Virus record (IMG/VR): IMGVR_UViG_3300014043_000503
Coordinates: 32,001 to 96,000 of that record
Reading direction: 5' to 3' (one strand)
Length of the DNA stretch: 64,000 bases
From: a virus
Lineage: Duplodnaviria > Caudoviricetes
Of the stretch, positions 39,544 to 50,137 are shown one piece after another. A program made the position numbers and the translations under genes. The notes under the pieces were generated by a model. The model saw nothing but the letters and a program-made list of their open reading frames with translations. It made no database searches and was not told the DNA's origin. The first letter of the stretch is position 1; the number at the start of each line of letters is the position of its first letter.

Positions 39544-40139
39544 TGAGCAGCGTCATCAGCATAGGAAAGAAGCCCGTATATAGGGGTGTCTATAACTCCA
39601 CGGTCAAATACTACAGTGAGAACATGGTGGCCATGTGCGCCTGCATGTTCCAGTGCGTAGCCCCGTCCATCGTCGGGGTTCCCCCAATCACCATAGACGG
39701 CAGCGGCAGGGCCTCGTTCGCCAATACGTCTTCGTGGAACGTGGTCATAGACAACCTATCGCTCTACAACAACATAACCTACGTGGAGGAAAAGACGAGC
39801 CTGATCAGGAACACCGTGGATGAGTTCGTCGTGACCATCTCGGACGATTGGGCTGAGGACACCGACTATGTGGTGGGGAACTACGTGATCAGGGGAGGTG
39901 CCCTGTATGAATGTATCTCGGCACATAACTCCGGAAGCACGTTTGACCCGACGAAATGGGAGCAGACCACCATCGCGAACATGGTTGACACCCTCAGCGC
40001 GGACATCATAAGGCTCGCCAATGCCATATCGAGCATCGTGGATTCAGACATCTACCTTACCGAAAGCGAGTATGAGGCACTCGTGGAGGCCGGTGAGGTT
40101 GATCCTGACAAGAGATACTTTACCTACGAGGACGAATGA
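39543..40139 (+). CDS. tail-associated protein with CBM5/12-like module
   Basis: WAEDTDYVVGNYVIRGGALYECISAHNS...PTKW; C-terminal LTESEYEAL...DPD..Y motif. Confidence 0.55.
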   Translation: MSSVISIGKKPVYRGVYNSTVKYYSENMVAMCACMFQCVAPSIVGVPPITIDGSGRASFANTSSWNVVIDNLSLYNNITYVEEKTSLIRNTVDEFVVTISDDWAEDTDYVVGNYVIRGGALYECISAHNSGSTFDPTKWEQTTIANMVDTLSADIIRLANAISSIVDSDIYLTESEYEALVEAGEVDPDKRYFTYEDE

Positions 40140-40312
40140 TATACAGGAACGGTCAGGAAACGACGGGCATCTACCATGCAGGCAGGGCTATAACCGCAGT
40201 ATATACTGGGTTAAGGCTCGTATGGCAGAACGTCAGGAGTTGCTTTGGCAAGGGTTACTGGATAGACGAGAAGCCGTGGGACGATTCCGACGGCTGGAGT
40301 GACGGAATTTAA
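40136..40312 (+). CDS. 58-aa tail-fibre-associated protein
   Basis: Hand-translated MIYRNGQETTGIYHAGRAITAVYTGLRLVWQ...PWDDSDGWSDGI*; ATGA overlap. Confidence 0.6.
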   Translation: MIYRNGQETTGIYHAGRAITAVYTGLRLVWQNVRSCFGKGYWIDEKPWDDSDGWSDGI

Positions 40313-40325
40313 AAAACAAGATATA

Positions 40326-43300
40326 ATGGCAAAGAAGGATTTATATACCGAGGATATTGACAAGCACGTGAACTGGAACGGTGACGAGACCACCGGCGGC
40401 AAGAAAGTCCGTGGCGACAAGGTTCAGAAGTTTATCAAGGACACTTTCGAGGGGAAGGTCGGGTACGTACATACCGACACCGAGGAAGCGAGGTGCTACG
40501 CCTTTGCCGATGAGGAGGAGTACAAGAAGTGGGAGGCGGACGGAAGACCTGAGGGTGCCTATATCTCGACATGGGAAGCCCCTGCCAACTATTCCGCTGA
40601 GATTATCGACAACGACGGTGCTGCCATCAGGTACGTGGCCGTTGACGATAAGGACGTGTATCTCAACTTCACTCCCAGGATCACCAACAAGAGCGGCCAG
40701 AACACCAACGAATCCGTAACCGTCACGATCACCTACTCCAACAACGGCACGAACGTCACGGTGACGAACAACTACATATCAGGAACCTCGGTATCAATCC
40801 TGATGGACAGCTACCTTCAGGTCGGCACCAACTCCATTACCATCAAGGTGACTGGTGCAAGCTCAAAAGCAACGACCTCCATCGGTATCACGGTGTACAA
40901 GCTTGCCCTTACCCTTACCTCCACCTTTGCCTTCAACAGCATGTTCCCGACTGGGTATATCAACGTGCCCTACCACCTTGAGGGAAACGGAACCAAGACC
41001 GTAGAGATATTCCTTGACGGCACAAAGGTAGGTGATTCAAGCACCTATTCAACAAAGACTGATAACTCATTCAACGTCAATGCGGTAACTGCTGGTGTGC
41101 ATACCATTCAGTTAAGGGCTTTCATTGACAATAACGGTACGGCATTCTATTCCAGGACGCTGTATTTCCAGGTAGTCGTTGGCGAGATTGACCGTGTCGG
41201 CTTTGCCATGAGCGCAGAGCTTCCAAGGGGCGGGCTTATCACGTCTGACAATTCGGTAGCCCTGACAGGCGAGCAGTTTGCGAGGATCAATTTCGACTGG
41301 GCCATCGTCACTTCAAGGAGCGCCACCTATTCCGTGGTGTTCAACGATGGCACAAGGGACGTAAGCTCCGTTACCACCTCAAGCGGCCAGCTCCATACGT
41401 TCACCTATCTCTCCAAGACCGCAGGCGTAGTCACCATCAGGGTTTCCTACGGCTCGGAGGAACTGGAGATACCCATCACGTTCGTAGAGAGCACGCTGAA
41501 GATAAGCGACTATACCAACGACCTTATCCTTGACCTTTCCGCTGAAGGGCGTTCCAACAGCGACACGGACAAGGACAGCTGGATATCGAACGGATATGCC
41601 TCTACCTTCAGCAACTTCGCATGGAGCAAGAGGAGCGGCTGGAACGGACAGGCCCTCGTGGTTTCAAACGGCGCGACGCTCGACGTGAACATCAGACCGT
41701 TCTCATTCAACCCGACATCGAGGGGAACGACCATCGAGATAGAGTTTGAGACTGCCGACGTTGAGGATGAGGAGGCCGTAATCTGCCGTTGCGGTGCCGG
41801 TTCGAACGGCCTTACCATCACCCCGGTAAACGCTACGCTGGCGGCAACCGGAGGCTCCAAGATATTCACTGAGTTCAAGAACGACGAGCGCATCAGGCTT
41901 GCATTCGTCATCAACCCCTATTCGGGCGTAACGGACTCGAAGCTCCTGTATATCGTCAACAACGGTATCAATGAGCGTGGAAGATCCTATGCCACCCAGA
42001 ACGACTTCAATATCTCAGACACGCTCCATTTCTATTCAACTGGGGCGACCATCAAGATATACAATATCAGGATCTACCAGCAGGCCGTTCCAGTGAGCAA
42101 CCTGCTGGATAACCGCATCATCAGCTCAGACAACATATCATCCCTGTTTGAGAAGAACGACATCTATGAGGACGGCAAGGTGTCTCTGACGAAGCTGAGG
42201 AACATGATCCCCGTCATGTGCATCACCCACATCAACAGGAGCGGAAACCCCTCGCTGCTCTCACTCAGCGACAAGGACACGCGCTCCTACAACAACGTGG
42301 AATACACGAACCCGTTTGACCCGACGAGGAACTTCACGGCCTTCAACATGCGCTGGAGGCTCCAGGGTACTTCATCGCTCAAGTATCCGAGGAAGAACTT
42401 CAGGTTCTACACCAAATACTGCGACTATCTCTATGATGCTAACGGAATCGAGATCACCAGCAAGAAATACTCGTTCAAGGTCGGTTCCATCCCGGTGAAC
42501 TGCTTCTGCCTGAAGGCCGATGCAGCGGAATCCTCAGGAACGCACAACACCGGTATTGCAAGGCTCGTGAACGATGCCATGAAGAACATGAGGATATCAT
42601 CGAGCGTGGCAGCCAAGTACGGAAAGTCATACGACACCGAATACCTTGGCAAGACGCAGGCCCAGATAAACGCTGAGAACAACGGCTACGAATACGACGT
42701 GAGAACCTGTATCGACGGTTTCCCGATCGTGATCTTCTACCGCTATTCCGACGTGAGCGACTGGATCTTCCTCGGCCAGTACAACTTCAACAACGACAAG
42801 TCAACGGAGGACGTGTTCGGCTTCACAGGAGAGAATGCAACAGGCCATTCGGAGTGCTGGGAATGCCTTGACAACACCAATCCCAACGCCCTCTTCACGG
42901 ACATCTCAAACTGGTATGAGGACGTCACGGACGAGGAAGGGAGCACCGTCAAGGGCTGGGAGCGCGCATTCGAGGCCCGCTATCCCGATGATGGCTCAGA
43001 CGCTAACACGGCCAATCTCTATACGTTCGCCACATGGCTCGTAGGCTCAACCGTAGGCTCCGCAAAGTTCACGGCTGAGAAGTGGGAGCACATGGACGTA
43101 TGGAAGATGGCAGCCTACTACGTCTATCTGATGAGGTTCGCAGGTGCCGACCAGTTTGTGAAGAACTCCATGCTGACAACCGAGGACGGCGAGCATTGGT
43201 ACTACATCAACTACGATAACGATACGGTCATGGGTCTGGAGAACAACGGAGACCTGACGATCCCCTTCAATGCAGACCGCCAGACGCAGGCAGCCGACAT

Positions 43301-46300
43301 GACATACGTATTCGCAGGACACAACTCAAAGCTCTGGAACTGCCTTGAGGGTGACGCTGAGTTTATGAACATCGTGAAGGACGTTGACCAGGCACTCTAC
43401 GGCTACTACAACTATGAGTCTTGCTGCAGGATGTTCGATGAGGAGCAGTCTGACAAGTGGTGCGAGGCCATCTACAACGAGAACGGACGCTACAAGTATA
43501 TCGAGCCATACCTTGCCGGAACCGACTACCTTGCCATGCTTCAGGGTTCGCGTAAGTCACACCGTCACTACTGGCTCTCACACCGTTTTGAGATGCTGGA
43601 TGCACGGTGGGGCACGGGCAGCTTCATCCAGAACTCCATCGAGTTCAAGTGCAATACCGGAACGGTGGTGACGGCTGAAAAGAAGCTCACCATCATCGCC
43701 GGAAAGAAGCTCAACTATGCCTGGGGCCTTGATAACGCAATCTATGAGCACACCGGCGTCCTCGATGCGAACGAGACCAAGGTGTTCATCCCATACGACC
43801 AGGGCGTGAGGGAACTCGCCATCGGTAACTCCGTATGTATCTACCCAGCCCCCTGCATCGAGGGCATAGACGTGTCTGACTTTGCCGACACCATGCGAGA
43901 GATACACTTCTCAAAGGCGGCAAACGGATTCACCGGCTGCTACCTGAAGAGGCTCATCATCGGAGGCGCTTCGGTAAACAACCAGCTCGACTTCAACATG
44001 GACGGCCTGACAGCCATCGGAAGCGTGGAGTATATCGACGTGAGGGGATTCCACAGGATGACCTCGCTCGACCTCTCAACGCTCATCAACCTCCATACGT
44101 TCCTTGCAGAGAACAGCGGTATCACCTCGTTCATCCCATCCTCAGGCTGCGTGCTTGAATCGGTTTCGCTCCCATCCAGCATCCAGACGCTTGAGCTTGT
44201 GGACGTGACTATCCCGACCGTCAATACGTTTGCATACACCCCGACCAGCGCCCTCCAGTACCTCACCCTCAGGAACGTGAAGGGTGATGGCATTGACTCG
44301 CTCGCCTTCATCATGACATGGCTGAATGCCATCGGAGATGACGAGGAAAGGCTGGCAGAGGTTGAGCTTATCGCAACCAACGTGGCTTGGAGCAACGTAA
44401 CGGTCGAACAGCTGTTTGCCATCGGAAAGATCGGGAACAGGACGCTCTCAGGCGTGGCATCGCTCTCGACCACACCGAGCGATGAAGACCTGCAGAAACT
44501 CATCGAGCTTTACGGGACAGACTGCTTCAAGTCTGACGCGCTGTTCATGATCGACGCTGAAGGAGGTACGCTTTTCTACGGCCCCAGCACCCTGAAGTCC
44601 GGAGAGGAAAGCTACTACGGCTATATCGGATTCCCCATCACGGGAGGCTCTTCACAGTATTCGCTACTTATCCCGGGAGGTGTGTACAACGAGACTACGA
44701 GGCTATATGAATACGATACCGTGACGCTGAACCCTGAGACCGGCCTTCTGCTTACGACTGAAAGCGGGACGGACTGCGATTTCGTCATCAGGGCCAAGTC
44801 GAACTTTGACGAGAGCGTCTATTTCGAAAAGCAGGTAAGCGTCAAGGCAAGGTCTTATCCCCAGAGCGTCACCCTCACCGTTGACAGGGAGAACATCAAC
44901 AGCACCTCACAGGAATGTATCTTCACGGCAGAGCTTTCCCCTGAGGTGTTTGACGGAACCATAAGCGTCGCATGGAGCTGGAACGACAACAATTTCTACA
45001 AGATATCGGAATGGAAGGTTGACAACAACACATATTGTGCCAAGTTCGGTACGGTGTATATCTCAGACAAGCTGCTTGAGGTAGATGTGACGGCCACCTT
45101 CACAACCTATATCGGAGGCGTCGTCGCGGCTTCGTCCTATGTCGTGGTCAGCAACAAGACGATCGCCATGACGAGCAGGACGAACCATGAGGCAATGGCG
45201 GCTACATACGCGGCTGGATTCAGCAACAGCAGCAGGGTCTTCAGCACCGAGGAGGCCAGGGCCGTGAAGAGCCTTGGCATGGCCTATGCCGGATCAGACA
45301 TCGTGACCTTTGACGAGTTCAAGTATTTCACGGGTCTCACCTCCATTCCTGCAGGTGCGTTTGCAGGGTGCCTGAGCCTTGAGGAAATCACCATCCCGGC
45401 TTGTCAGGCCACCATCGGAGATGCGCTCTTTGAAGGCTGTGCATCCCTTGAGAAGATAACGCTCAACCATCCTTCATGGAGCAACAGGTATCTCGGAAGC
45501 GGAACCGTATTGTCTGAGTATGCCGTAGGAGCTGAGAACACCAACCTCAGGAGTTTCGACGGCATCATATACGACGTGCTGGGAACGGAGCTCTATGCAG
45601 TACCGGCCAACATCACGGAGATAGCGTTCGAAAGCACCATGACCGCCATCCATGCAGGCGCGATGGCTTACTGTGACATAGAGGAAGTGACCATACCGAC
45701 AGTCATTACAGTCGTTCCCGATCAGATGTGTAAGGGCTGCACTTCCCTTGTCACGGCCATCCTCTCGACTGGAACCGTAAGCGTTGGCGCAAAGGCTTTC
45801 GAGGGCTGCGCTGCGCTGAAGAAGCTTGAGGTAAGGACGGCATCAGTACCTACCCTCGTCAATGCGGATGCGTTTACTGGAACGCCCATCAACGGAGGCG
45901 CGGGCTATATCTATGCGACTACCGATACATGGGGGGACTTCAAGGCCGCTACCAACTGGATCACATATGCCAGCAACATCATCGCTTACATCATCTTTGA
46001 GGACGCTGAGGTCAGCAGGATATGTTGCACGACCTGGGGTGACTATATCGAGGTGAAGGTGACTACTGTCATTACCGACGAAAGCGACGTGGTGAACATC
46101 ACGACCGTCACCACCCCCGTATCCATGAGAAACACCACCGCTACAAGGGGAACCTCGGTCACTGAGACATCTACGAGGGCCAAGACTTCTGAAGATACGG
46201 CAGGCTCTACGACCACTACCACAAAGACACCCGTCAGCATGACAACCATGCAGGCTGCTGCTGTAAGTTCTATTGGGACTATTGTTAACGTTCTCGGACA

Positions 46301-46661
46301 CTTAAAGATTGTAGATGTCACACGTACATTCCCAACAACGGTTCCTATTTACGGACTGATAGCAGTTTATACAATCAAAACAGCGGATTGCTCTGTTGTT
46401 TTCAATACTGACACCAGCCACACTATACGATTGTTCATGTGGAATATGTATTGGGGCTATATTGACGGTGGTGGCTCATATAGAGTTATTACAACGTGGA
46501 GAAGTATTGGCGATAATAAGTATTTAACATTCTTCGATGATTCACGTTCTAATCCTTATGTTGATGTTTACGTCAACTTTTCAACCATTAACGGTTATCA
46601 ACCACAAAACTATAAAACAGGCTATGTATTTGCCCTTGTCGATAGCAGAAATCTTGAATAA
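40326..46661 (+). CDS. giant tail adhesin/receptor-binding protein (Ig-like, LamG-like, CotH-like and BspA-type LRR regions; switchable C-terminus)
   Basis: Start re-called at MAKKDLY; QGTSSLKYPRKNF / YNFNNDKS / YDNDT motifs; LTSIPAGAFAGCLSLEEITIP LRRs; GC drop at 46270. Confidence 0.8.
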   Translation: MAKKDLYTEDIDKHVNWNGDETTGGKKVRGDKVQKFIKDTFEGKVGYVHTDTEEARCYAFADEEEYKKWEADGRPEGAYISTWEAPANYSAEIIDNDGAAIRYVAVDDKDVYLNFTPRITNKSGQNTNESVTVTITYSNNGTNVTVTNNYISGTSVSILMDSYLQVGTNSITIKVTGASSKATTSIGITVYKLALTLTSTFAFNSMFPTGYINVPYHLEGNGTKTVEIFLDGTKVGDSSTYSTKTDNSFNVNAVTAGVHTIQLRAFIDNNGTAFYSRTLYFQVVVGEIDRVGFAMSAELPRGGLITSDNSVALTGEQFARINFDWAIVTSRSATYSVVFNDGTRDVSSVTTSSGQLHTFTYLSKTAGVVTIRVSYGSEELEIPITFVESTLKISDYTNDLILDLSAEGRSNSDTDKDSWISNGYASTFSNFAWSKRSGWNGQALVVSNGATLDVNIRPFSFNPTSRGTTIEIEFETADVEDEEAVICRCGAGSNGLTITPVNATLAATGGSKIFTEFKNDERIRLAFVINPYSGVTDSKLLYIVNNGINERGRSYATQNDFNISDTLHFYSTGATIKIYNIRIYQQAVPVSNLLDNRIISSDNISSLFEKNDIYEDGKVSLTKLRNMIPVMCITHINRSGNPSLLSLSDKDTRSYNNVEYTNPFDPTRNFTAFNMRWRLQGTSSLKYPRKNFRFYTKYCDYLYDANGIEITSKKYSFKVGSIPVNCFCLKADAAESSGTHNTGIARLVNDAMKNMRISSSVAAKYGKSYDTEYLGKTQAQINAENNGYEYDVRTCIDGFPIVIFYRYSDVSDWIFLGQYNFNNDKSTEDVFGFTGENATGHSECWECLDNTNPNALFTDISNWYEDVTDEEGSTVKGWERAFEARYPDDGSDANTANLYTFATWLVGSTVGSAKFTAEKWEHMDVWKMAAYYVYLMRFAGADQFVKNSMLTTEDGEHWYYINYDNDTVMGLENNGDLTIPFNADRQTQAADMTYVFAGHNSKLWNCLEGDAEFMNIVKDVDQALYGYYNYESCCRMFDEEQSDKWCEAIYNENGRYKYIEPYLAGTDYLAMLQGSRKSHRHYWLSHRFEMLDARWGTGSFIQNSIEFKCNTGTVVTAEKKLTIIAGKKLNYAWGLDNAIYEHTGVLDANETKVFIPYDQGVRELAIGNSVCIYPAPCIEGIDVSDFADTMREIHFSKAANGFTGCYLKRLIIGGASVNNQLDFNMDGLTAIGSVEYIDVRGFHRMTSLDLSTLINLHTFLAENSGITSFIPSSGCVLESVSLPSSIQTLELVDVTIPTVNTFAYTPTSALQYLTLRNVKGDGIDSLAFIMTWLNAIGDDEERLAEVELIATNVAWSNVTVEQLFAIGKIGNRTLSGVASLSTTPSDEDLQKLIELYGTDCFKSDALFMIDAEGGTLFYGPSTLKSGEESYYGYIGFPITGGSSQYSLLIPGGVYNETTRLYEYDTVTLNPETGLLLTTESGTDCDFVIRAKSNFDESVYFEKQVSVKARSYPQSVTLTVDRENINSTSQECIFTAELSPEVFDGTISVAWSWNDNNFYKISEWKVDNNTYCAKFGTVYISDKLLEVDVTATFTTYIGGVVAASSYVVVSNKTIAMTSRTNHEAMAATYAAGFSNSSRVFSTEEARAVKSLGMAYAGSDIVTFDEFKYFTGLTSIPAGAFAGCLSLEEITIPACQATIGDALFEGCASLEKITLNHPSWSNRYLGSGTVLSEYAVGAENTNLRSFDGIIYDVLGTELYAVPANITEIAFESTMTAIHAGAMAYCDIEEVTIPTVITVVPDQMCKGCTSLVTAILSTGTVSVGAKAFEGCAALKKLEVRTASVPTLVNADAFTGTPINGGAGYIYATTDTWGDFKAATNWITYASNIIAYIIFEDAEVSRICCTTWGDYIEVKVTTVITDESDVVNITTVTTPVSMRNTTATRGTSVTETSTRAKTSEDTAGSTTTTTKTPVSMTTMQAAAVSSIGTIVNVLGHLKIVDVTRTFPTTVPIYGLIAVYTIKTADCSVVFNTDTSHTIRLFMWNMYWGYIDGGGSYRVITTWRSIGDNKYLTFFDDSRSNPYVDVYVNFSTINGYQPQNYKTGYVFALVDSRNLE
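46270..46279 (+). repeat. shufflon crossover site 1 (CTATTGGGAC)
   Basis: Inside adhesin gene, encodes S-I-G-T. Confidence 0.8.
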
Positions 46662-47086
46662 TTACAAATCATATATCACAGTAAATCCACAGTATGACGT
46701 ACTTGTAAGCTTAGAATAAAAAGTCCAAGACGAATCATATCCAGTGGCACCAACAGGCACATGAAACTCGTTTGTTCCTGAATTTCTTGTATTATAACCT
46801 GTTGATGTAGCTGAAGCGTTACCGAATATATATCCATTATCTGCTGTTTTAGGAACTGTCTGCGGATAACACAATATTTTCTTGAGCCTCGGAGTATTTG
46901 CAAATGATCCGTTTCCAAAGCGATTTACGGAAGCTGGAATCCAAATCTCAGTTAATTGGCTACATCCATTAACAAATGAACGTCCCATAGTCTTTAGTTT
47001 AGAAAAGTATATAAGCTCCCTGAAAGTAACTATCTTTGTATTATTAGTGAATACAGTTGTTGAACTTGTGTTTGCAGTCCCAATAG
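46662..47086 (-). other. silent C-terminal cassette B (LRR), starting at crossover site 2 (47077-47086)
   Basis: Open frame SIGTANTSSTTVFTNNTKIVTFRELIYFSKLKTMGRSF... continuous with track ORF 46662..46988. Confidence 0.8.
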
Positions 47087-47096
47087 AGCTACAATC

Positions 47097-47623
47097 CTAT
47101 TGGAACTCTAATCAACAAAATAATAAACATTGCTAATAGCCACTTTCCAGAGGGTGTATATTTTACAGGATTATCTACGACTTGGACAAATGGTCTTAGA
47201 GGCAACACGGGATTGGTAGAGTTATATATGCCAGACCACATATTGTATCTTAACCTTAATTATTTTATTTACTACGACACTGTTTTAAAGAAAATACATA
47301 TTCCAAGAAACCTCGTTGAATGGACTGGCTACCAAACACTATTATTTAATGCAAAACCGTCCGTTCCGATTGATTTCCCTGAAAGTTGCAAAAAGCTTAA
47401 CTTTAAGTCCAGTAGCGATAAATCGGTTTCAAAATGTGATGTCATATTGCGTTCCCAAACATTAGTTGATGTCCAGCCCTCTTCCTACACCAACATATTT
47501 GCAAATGATGTAAATATATATGTTCCAAGTGTTTTGATAGATAGCTACAAAGCATTAAACCCATTTGCTAATCGTAACGTATATGCTATAGAGGGTTCTA
47601 AATATGAAAATGTGATATATTAA
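47097..47623 (+). other. silent C-terminal cassette C, starting at crossover site 3 (CTATTGGAAC 47097-47106)
   Basis: Open frame PIGTLINKIINIANSHFPEGVYFTGL... continuous with track ORF 47213..47623. Confidence 0.8.
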
Positions 47624-47646
47624 AAACTATGCGGCGAGTACACGGG

Positions 47647-48152
47647 TTAAACTGTGTACTCACTCATAGACTTAATCTTAGAAGCAATGCCAGACCAAAC
47701 GGAAGCGGCCTTGTATGCGCTCACGCTTTCATCTGGAACATAGACGGCAGTTAACTTTGTGAGATAGTTATTACTTCCGAGATCCGGAGGCGTGACGGCT
47801 CTACAAATAACTATAAAATTCTTTTGGTTTGTATCATAAGGTTGAAGAGAATAACCATTCATTGTTTTCATAGTTGACGGAAAATCAATCAGCGTTATGT
47901 TTCTACTTTCCCAACACCACCTGCCATAAGTGGTAGTTAAACCTTCATTAAATTTCAAAGTTGTTAGATTTAGACAATGTCTGAAACAGTATGAATTAAC
48001 CGATGTTCCTATATTTCTCAGACTTGTTGGGAATATAATTTCTGCAATACCACTTCCTTCAAAAGCACCATTGGCCAGCGTAGTTAAGTTGAAGAACATA
48101 AATTCATGGAACTTGCGGATTGTGGTATTGTTACGGAACGCCGTCCCAATAG
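47647..48152 (-). other. silent C-terminal cassette D (LRR), starting at crossover site 4 (48143-48152)
   Basis: Open frame PIGTAFRNNTTIRKFHEFMFFNL... continuous with track ORF 47647..48099. Confidence 0.8.
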
Positions 48153-48156
48153 GACG

Positions 48157-49146
48157 TTACCTGAATGCTTTCCTTATTTCCTTATTAATTGTCCTGTCCT
48201 TTATTGTCGTATATACCTGGGTTGTATTGATTGATGTGTGACCTAAGATAGAGGCAATGACAGGCATATTCACACCCTTCAGCAACAACAGCGTAGCCAA
48301 AGTATGTCTTGCACAATGGAAGCTGATGTGTTTTTTTATTCCTATCCTGTTTGTTATCCGCTCAAGTATGATGTTCGTCCTGGCATTGGACGGTAATCGG
48401 AACAGTCTGCCTCGCCCTACATCTTCGGTCATGCCAATAGCCTTGCCTCCGAACATTCTTGATATCGGCACCCTGACTTCCCTATCCGTCTTCTTCATTC
48501 TTATCACCAGCCATTTGTGACGATATAGTGACTTGATATTTGACCGTTGGACGCGCTGGATATCTGAGAAACGCAAGCCCGTATAGACCGAGAACAGGAA
48601 GCCCCTCGCCACTTCCTTCTCGTCGCCGTCCAGCCTGTCAACGGAATTTTCAATCTTCTTTATCTCGCCCTCAGTCAACGTGTTCTTTTTCGTCTGTTCC
48701 TGATGTATGTGGTATTTCCTGAATGGGTTCGTCAGCATGATATCATTGTCGATGGCGAGGTTGACGTAGCGCTTGAAGATTTTCATGAACTTGGCTAACG
48801 TATTTGCTGCATATCCCAGCGATTTCACATAGCTGTCAAATTCAAGGATAAACTCATAGGTAATGTCGCTGAAGGTAAAGTTATATCGGAATCCTCTCAG
48901 CACGTCCAGCGTATTCTGATGATTGCATATCGTTCCCTTTGAAAGCCTGAGAGCGTGTATCTGTTGCTGCATCCATTCAGGAAATGAACGGTTATCCCTT
49001 ACTGCAAGATGTTCGGGGTTATCAGCCAGCAGGTTAATACCCCCCACCCTTTTCGTATAATATTTGTCGTTAACCTGGATCTGGATGAGCGCGTTGGTGC
49101 CTGAAAGCTTTGCGGCAATGTCGTTGATGATTGATGATATGTCCAT
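48157..49146 (-). CDS. tyrosine recombinase (putative shufflon invertase)
   Basis: TGLRFSD, FHCARHT and LGHTSINTTQVY motifs with SAM-like N-domain; stop codon 4 bp from site 4. Confidence 0.88.
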   Translation of the reverse strand: MDISSIINDIAAKLSGTNALIQIQVNDKYYTKRVGGINLLADNPEHLAVRDNRSFPEWMQQQIHALRLSKGTICNHQNTLDVLRGFRYNFTFSDITYEFILEFDSYVKSLGYAANTLAKFMKIFKRYVNLAIDNDIMLTNPFRKYHIHQEQTKKNTLTEGEIKKIENSVDRLDGDEKEVARGFLFSVYTGLRFSDIQRVQRSNIKSLYRHKWLVIRMKKTDREVRVPISRMFGGKAIGMTEDVGRGRLFRLPSNARTNIILERITNRIGIKKHISFHCARHTLATLLLLKGVNMPVIASILGHTSINTTQVYTTIKDRTINKEIRKAFR

Positions 49147-49293
49147 GATGTCTGATGTTTTTGATGTTAATGAAGCGCAAATAAAGCGATAATATCCCTA
49201 TTCAGACCATTTCATTAACCATTTTTACCATGAATTTTCAAAATCATAATCCCGCAAGCCAAAAAAGACTATTATAGTACAAAACGAAATCGA

Positions 49294-49911
49294 ATGGTTA
49301 TCGAAGGGAATCACATCATTGCCGACGAGGGGAAAGTCCTCAGGAGAAAATCTGACAAGCGGGTGTTCAACAGGGAACTCTGGCTTGGGAAGGCTTTCTA
49401 CGTCAACGGCAAGAAACTCGCCGAGCCGGTGGATGAGAAGCCGTCAGACTATGAGGACGTTGAGGAGGCCGCTGCCATAGCCGAATATGACAAGATGATT
49501 GCCATGAGGAAGGCGAAGATAGAGATGATAACGGCCTACGACCTTTCCTCTGCCGTCAACGGATTCACGTTCAACGGTATCAGGATGTGGCTCGACAAGG
49601 CCACGAGGATGAGCCTGAGGAACAGCGTGGAGATCACGAAGGCAGCCGGTGGGACATCATACGCATTCTGGTGGGACATGGACAAGTACGAGATTGAGTG
49701 CGACCTGTTCCTTGAGATGCTTTCAGCCCTTGAGATATACGCCATCAACTGCTATGCCACCACCGAGAGGCACAAGTCTGAGGTCAATTCCCTCTGCGAC
49801 CTGATGGACATCGAGGTATATGACATAACGGTGGGTTATCCCCCGCAACCAGTATTCAAGAATGACAATAAAGTACGCATACAGGAGAATCAGGAGAAGG
49901 TGGAAGAGTAG
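49294..49911 (+). CDS. DUF4376-like tail fibre-associated protein
   Basis: YD.SSAVNGF..MWLDKATR...LEIYA..CY..T..H...YDIT.GYP motif. Confidence 0.6.
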   Translation: MVIEGNHIIADEGKVLRRKSDKRVFNRELWLGKAFYVNGKKLAEPVDEKPSDYEDVEEAAAIAEYDKMIAMRKAKIEMITAYDLSSAVNGFTFNGIRMWLDKATRMSLRNSVEITKAAGGTSYAFWWDMDKYEIECDLFLEMLSALEIYAINCYATTERHKSEVNSLCDLMDIEVYDITVGYPPQPVFKNDNKVRIQENQEKVEE

Positions 49912-50137
49912 GATGCCCATCTTCTTTCGCTGGCTTTCGATGGCTGCAGCCGGAGTATCGGCCGTGGCCCTTGCCGTCAATACGTCCATGACTGAAGGCG
50001 GCGCTGAGATTCCCGCATGGTGGTCGGCGATATACCCATACCTCATAGGCATAGGGGCTGGCATAGTGGCCACCAGCAAATTCACGATGGTACACAAGAA
50101 CAACAGGAACAATGAGCTGGATCACGGAGAGCCATAG
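49862..50137 (+). CDS. putative holin
   Basis: Basic N-terminus RWKSRMPIFFRW plus two TM segments. Confidence 0.5.
   Translation: MTIKYAYRRIRRRWKSRMPIFFRWLSMAAAGVSAVALAVNTSMTEGGAEIPAWWSAIYPYLIGIGAGIVATSKFTMVHKNNRNNELDHGEP

Noticed and set aside
40326-49146. Diversity-generating retroelement acting on the adhesin
   Set aside because: No reverse transcriptase and no TR/VR pair differing at adenines; variation is explained by inversion cassettes
48157-49146. Recombinase as the prophage integrase marking a boundary
   Set aside because: Phage structural genes continue on both sides, and the gene abuts the inversion sites
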